Shown: positions 59,985 through 64,000 of the stretch, in pieces | How the letters are laid out: each line of letters starts with the position of its first letter | Numbering within the stretch: the stretch's first letter is position 1 | Assembly: GCA_035573895.1 (NCBI GenBank) | Contig: DATLZR010000013.1 | Span: forward strand, 699 to 64,698 | Direction of reading: 5' to 3' | DNA: 64,000 bases | From: Blastocatellia bacterium | GTDB taxonomy: Bacteria; Acidobacteriota; Blastocatellia; HR10 | Position numbers and translations under genes: made by a program | The notes under the pieces: generated by a model | Told to the model about the DNA's origin: nothing | Database searches by the model: none | The model's input: only the letters and a program-made list of their open reading frames with translations

Positions 59985-61582
59985 GCTTCTCCCTTCTGCC
60001 GGGCGAGGATTTCCACGGTTCGGAGCCAATCTTTGTACGCCTCATAGCGATTGGCGCGCTCGGGCGTGAGGTTCCGATCCGTGTTGTCCTCCCAGCGCCG
60101 AACCAGGAGCAGCGGTTCGTAGATGCGCCCCACCTCGTAGTGACGGCTGAGGCGCAAACAGACGGCATAATCTTCGCCGAAACTCACATTGGGGAAGCCG
60201 ACGCGCCGCAGCAGGGGAACGTAAAAGGCGCGGGGCGCTCCGAATCCCGAAACGCGCAAGGCATTGTTGCGCCCGTTGTCCGGCGTCCACTCCCGATGAT
60301 CCACCACTCCCGGCGGAATCGGTTCGCCGTCAAAATTGACGGTTCGATACGAACCGATCACCAGGGCATAGCGCGGGGCCCGCGAGCGAGCCTCCTCCGG
60401 CGCGGCCGGTGGCGCCTCGGGCGCATAAAAGGCGGCGATGATCTTCTGGAGAACATCGGCATCGGCATAAAGATCATCGGAATCAAGCTGAACGGCAAAC
60501 AGCCCGCACGACGGAGAGAAAATCGCTTCGTTCCAGCATCCGCCGATGCCCAAATCCCGCCGCGAGGGAATACGGTGAAGGAGCCGATCATCCTCGCGCC
60601 TCATCTGCTCGATGATCTCGCTCGTTCCATCGGTGGAAAAGTTATCCACCACGATCACGTTGAAGGAGAAAGTCGTTCTCTGTGCGAGGGCGCTTCGAAG
60701 GGCATCTCCGATTGTGCGCGCGCGATTGCGAACGGGAATGACCACGCTGGCCAGGACGGGAAAATCATGCTCCGGCAGCGGAATCGGAGCGAACACGGGT
60801 TCCAGATAGGCTCCGATGCGTCGGAGATGGGCCGTGGCGATCTCTTCCATCTCCTGCTCGTAGGCGCGATTCTCCGGTTTCACGTAAGCGAACAGAGGGT
60901 CCTCCGGTGCGTCGGTTGGCTCGGCATCAGAAGCGACGGTCAGTCGAGGCCAGCAAAGGGAGAGCGGCTCCGGCACGTGAACAATCGGGGCATGAGAGGA
61001 TATTTTCAGCCGGAGATCATAGAGCCCGCCCCATCGCCAGCGGGGATCCACCGGTCCCAAAGCCGCGCGTACCGCGTGAACAACGCGTCGGGACAGGACC
61101 ATCACCGGGCCGAAGTCGAACGTGTCCCGCAGGCTCCCCGGCTGATACTCGATCAGCCGACGCTCCTGAAGCCGGCCCCCTTCGTGTTGCCAGAAGTCCG
61201 CGTAGACGATGCCCGCTCCCGTGTCGTCGGCAACGTCCAGAAGTCTCTCCAGCGACCGATCGCTTACCTCGACGAGCCCGCGACCGAGCAGGAGCACGAG
61301 ATAGTCGCTCGTCCACAGCTCCAGCAATCGGTTCACTGCCTCCGCCGAGAAAAACTCCCCGCACCGGATAAATCGAAGAGGGTCCTGTTGACCTCCGCCG
61401 GCCCGATCGGCCAGCATTTCCCGCCGAACGAAATGAGTCATCGCCGCCCGCTCCTCATCGGAGACCTCCTCCCGGTGAAAGAGAATGAGATCGGTCACCG
61501 AGGGGGATCGCGGAAGCAGATCGAGTTGCTGACGAAAGGCCGTCAGATTCTCGTAGACGAAAGCCAGCGTGAGCGTCCTCAT
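59915..61582 (-). CDS. Glycosyltransferase family 2 protein (two-domain).
   Basis: GT2 core VVIPVRNRARTIGDALRSALAQ...NVIVVDNFSTDGT...DSDD. The C-terminal codons run into repeat locus E. Confidence 0.75.
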   Translation of the reverse strand: MRTLTLAFVYENLTAFRQQLDLLPRSPSVTDLILFHREEVSDEERAAMTHFVRREMLADRAGGGQQDPLRFIRCGEFFSAEAVNRLLELWTSDYLVLLLGRGLVEVSDRSLERLLDVADDTGAGIVYADFWQHEGGRLQERRLIEYQPGSLRDTFDFGPVMVLSRRVVHAVRAALGPVDPRWRWGGLYDLRLKISSHAPIVHVPEPLSLCWPRLTVASDAEPTDAPEDPLFAYVKPENRAYEQEMEEIATAHLRRIGAYLEPVFAPIPLPEHDFPVLASVVIPVRNRARTIGDALRSALAQRTTFSFNVIVVDNFSTDGTSEIIEQMRREDDRLLHRIPSRRDLGIGGCWNEAIFSPSCGLFAVQLDSDDLYADADVLQKIIAAFYAPEAPPAAPEEARSRAPRYALVIGSYRTVNFDGEPIPPGVVDHREWTPDNGRNNALRVSGFGAPRAFYVPLLRRVGFPNVSFGEDYAVCLRLSRHYEVGRIYEPLLLVRRWEDNTDRNLTPERANRYEAYKDWLRTVEILARQKGEAARTFQSARDAQAGKPAPQESAT

Positions 61583-62442
61583 CGAGAGAAGTCCGTCGTC
61601 AGAGCCAGGGATTCCAATCGAGGATAGGCCCGGATCAGCGGTTCGGGCACCGGCACGGCCGTCCCCTCGATGTCGGCTTTGAGTTCCAGGGCGTTCACCA
61701 CGCCCTTGCCCTGATAGTGGTTGTTGGTGATGACGTAGACATCGGCGGCTGTCTGAGCAATGGCCCGGATGTTCTCGATCCAGGGCTTCAGTTCTTCATG
61801 CGAGTAGAGATAATCGTAGCGGGCAGCCGCCGTCGCGCTCTCGCTGAACCAGTTGTCGTAATTGCGCCCGTGAAGCCGGACGTAGCCGACCGGCGCGGTC
61901 ACCCGTCGCGTCGGACCGAGCGACCGTCGAAAGACCGGTTGATCAATATTGCAAAAACCCACGTTGTGCTCCCGAAAGAACTCGTAGACCGATTCCACAT
62001 TCCACGAGGCGTGACGCACTTCCACGACCAGCGGATACTCGGCGAACCGCCGCACCAGTTCGCTGATATACTCGCGGGCGTCGGGCGTGTTCTTGAATGA
62101 CCAGGGAAATTGAAGGAGCACGGCTCCCAACTTGCCCGCTTCGACCAGGGGCTCCATTCCCCGTTTGAAACTCGCCTCGTCCTCCGGCGTGGGCGTTCGC
62201 TCGTGCGTGAATTTTCGATAGAGTTTGGCGGTGAACTTGAATCGGGGATTCTCTCCGACCCGCGCCACCCACCGGCGCGTCATGGCCGTCGTCGGAGGAC
62301 GGTAAAAACTGCTGTTGATTTCAATCGTGTCGAAGTAGCGGGCGAGGTACTCCAGCGGATCGAATCCCCGGGGAGCCGGATGAGGATAGACGCGTCCCCA
62401 CCAGTCATCGTAAGACCATCCGGCTGGTCCGATCCGAATCAT
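61579..62442 (-). CDS. DUF72 (YecE-like) family protein.
   Basis: MIRIGPAGWSYDDWWGRVYP...FDTIEINSSFY...LQFPWSF. ATG at 62442. Confidence 0.8.
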   Translation of the reverse strand: MIRIGPAGWSYDDWWGRVYPHPAPRGFDPLEYLARYFDTIEINSSFYRPPTTAMTRRWVARVGENPRFKFTAKLYRKFTHERTPTPEDEASFKRGMEPLVEAGKLGAVLLQFPWSFKNTPDAREYISELVRRFAEYPLVVEVRHASWNVESVYEFFREHNVGFCNIDQPVFRRSLGPTRRVTAPVGYVRLHGRNYDNWFSESATAAARYDYLYSHEELKPWIENIRAIAQTAADVYVITNNHYQGKGVVNALELKADIEGTAVPVPEPLIRAYPRLESLALTTDFSR

Positions 62443-62484
62443 GACGTGCGACGATGTCCTCCGGGTCATCCGATCATCGGGCCG

Positions 62485-62739
62485 TCACGGCTCCGCCAGG
62501 AAATAGGAGATGATCCGCAGAATCCCGGGGATCTCGTACGGATGATACCCGCGCAACAATTCCAGCTCCCCGCCGGGAGCTTCGCGATAGGGGATGCGCT
62601 TGCTCCGGAGATAGGACTTCAACCGCTCGACGCGCGCCTCCGGGCAGTCCTGAAGATCGAGCAGGATGGTCTGCTCTCCGCTCTGGAGCTGTCGAAACGA
62701 AACGCGATAGGGCTGCGGCGTTTGTCCTTCCATCGTCAC
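62485..62739 (-). CDS. Small hypothetical protein of 84 aa.
   Basis: ORF with reasonable codon usage. No family recognised. Confidence 0.35.
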   Translation of the reverse strand: MTMEGQTPQPYRVSFRQLQSGEQTILLDLQDCPEARVERLKSYLRSKRIPYREAPGGELELLRGYHPYEIPGILRIISYFLAEP

Positions 62740-62808
62740 CGCACACTCCTTTCGGGCGCGCGTTGCTGTTGCGCGAAGCGCTTGCCGGGAGCCGAATCGC
62801 CGAGACCA

Positions 62809-63666
62809 TCAACTGATGACATATCCGCTCAGAATGAGCGCTGATCCGATGGCATTGTAGAGGAAATGGGCGACAACGCACGGGAGCAACTGACCGGTAT
62901 AGGAACGAATCACCGTGAGCGCGAAGCTCAAAACCGTCACGGCCATGAGGATGAGAAGGCTGCCCGCATACTGGGGAAAGTGAACGACCGCGAACATCGC
63001 CGTCACGATGAGGATGGCGCGAACCCGCCCCAGGCGATGATGGAGCGCAGGATAGAGGATTCCTCGATAGACGAGTTCTTCCACCAAAGGAGCCGTGAGC
63101 ACGGCCACCAGAGCAATCGCGATGCGAACGTCCTGCCCGGTTTGAAGCAGCTTATCGAAGTCGGTCTCCCCGTGAGGGACGACGAGCGAGAGGAGATAGA
63201 GGATCAGATAGAGGCCACCGATGAGCGCCAGGACATGTCGCAATCGGAAGCGCGGGTGCCAGCGCCAGCCCAGCGTGTGAAAGAACGGCCGCTTCGCTCC
63301 CGATGTGACGACCATATAACCGACGAGTAACGTCAGCAGGTGAGTGACAAACAGCATCCCGATTTGAACGATCAGGGCGCGAGGATTACTGATCAAATCG
63401 GGACTGAACGGGTTCACTCCCGCTTTGTGCGCCCACACGAGAACGCCGAACGCTGGAACAATCGAAAGAGTCAACGTGAAAAAGACCCACACGCCGATGG
63501 CTGCCGCCAGATTCCAGGGCGGAGGGGAGGCCGCGACGGGGGAAGATCCACCTCCGGTCGGCGCCTGGCTCTGACAACTGGCACAGAGAGAGGTGAGGCC
63601 CGAGCGCTCATCATCGGTCAGGACGTGACCACAGCAAAGGCAGGTATGAGTCAGTTCGGTGCTCAT
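62809..63666 (-). CDS. CPBP family intramembrane glutamic endopeptidase (CAAX protease/Abi) with N-terminal zinc ribbon.
   Basis: CLCCGH...CASC, multiple TM helices, EELVYRGILY (EExxxR), FAVVHFPQY (HxxxN/H-like). Confidence 0.75.
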   Translation of the reverse strand: MSTELTHTCLCCGHVLTDDERSGLTSLCASCQSQAPTGGGSSPVAASPPPWNLAAAIGVWVFFTLTLSIVPAFGVLVWAHKAGVNPFSPDLISNPRALIVQIGMLFVTHLLTLLVGYMVVTSGAKRPFFHTLGWRWHPRFRLRHVLALIGGLYLILYLLSLVVPHGETDFDKLLQTGQDVRIAIALVAVLTAPLVEELVYRGILYPALHHRLGRVRAILIVTAMFAVVHFPQYAGSLLILMAVTVLSFALTVIRSYTGQLLPCVVAHFLYNAIGSALILSGYVIS

Positions 63667-63754
63667 CCGTCAGATGTCCTTCGCAGTCCGAGGCCGCGCG
63701 TCCGTTTTTTTGCTGGTGTTGATCGGTTCGGTGTTCATTCCTGGAGTTTTCCTT

Positions 63755-64000
63755 TCACGGGCGCTCCACCAGCAGGGCCAGGCCCATTCCCCCGCTGACG
63801 CAGAGCGTGGCCAGGCCCCGAACGGCCTTCCGTCGCGCCATTTCATAAAGCAGCGTGACAACGATCCGCGCTCCGCTGCAACCGATGGGATGGCCCAGAG
63901 CAATCGCCCCCCCATTGACATTCAATCGTTCGTGATCGAAATGAAGCTCACGATCACAGGCCAGCACCTGAGCAGCGAAGGCTTCGTTCAACTCCACCAG
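63755..64000 (-). CDS. Acetyl-CoA acetyltransferase (thiolase), C-terminal part only. The gene continues beyond the window end.
   Basis: [11 protein letters not shown]...[21 protein letters not shown]...[13 protein letters not shown] thiolase C-terminal catalytic motifs. Confidence 0.85.
   Translation of the reverse strand: MVELNEAFAAQVLACDRELHFDHERLNVNGGAIALGHPIGCSGARIVVTLLYEMARRKAVRGLATLCVSGGMGLALLVERP

Overview
This is a GC-rich bacterial chromosomal window, mostly core genes with a lower-GC accessory island of about 14 kb (roughly 22.3-36.4 kb) in the middle.

Left third, in order:
- a partial M14 carboxypeptidase
- the conserved ffs (SRP RNA)-dnaX-ybaB-recR cluster, which sits next to two tandem tRNA-Ser genes
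- tadA, hemB
- a large secreted glycoside-hydrolase-like protein and an S46 dipeptidyl-peptidase
- a nitrilase, a cold-shock protein, an SDR, hutU, a TPP enzyme and ttcA

The island carries a complete type III-B Cmr effector module (cmr1-cas10-cmr3-cmr4-cmr5-cmr6, minus strand). I found no cas6, cas1/2 or CRISPR array in the window. A hicB-like antitoxin with a decayed hicA remnant is wedged between cmr4 and cmr5.

Immediately downstream of cmr6 is a 1070-aa single ORF with an unusual architecture: N-terminal TM helix, NB-ARC/STAND P-loop NTPase, TPR repeats, CARF domain and a RelE/ParE-like C-terminus. The C-terminal 370 aa look Cami1-like. This is the main candidate for a novel cOA-responsive effector. 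The island is bracketed by degraded transposase/IS5 remnants and contains an RHH protein and a GT-skewed low-complexity tract.

Right third is an amino-acid/2-oxoacid catabolic cluster:
- multihaem cytochrome c, CoA-transferase, alanine dehydrogenase, ptb, buk
- a GltD/NfnB-like oxidoreductase and a Leu/Val-type dehydrogenase
- a four-subunit 2-oxoacid:ferredoxin oxidoreductase, a hemerythrin-like protein and malic enzyme
- a second OFOR whose alpha subunit carries a frameshift
- an AmrS-like radical SAM enzyme

Then come a Hanks kinase, a fumarase/aspartase-family lyase, a GT2 glycosyltransferase, DUF72, a CPBP protease and a partial thiolase.

A dispersed double-hairpin repeat family of about 50 bp occurs at five intergenic loci, with compensatory stem substitutions between copies.

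The ORF track uses GTG/TTG starts translated as M. Many listed ORFs are antisense shadows of real genes in high-GC DNA.
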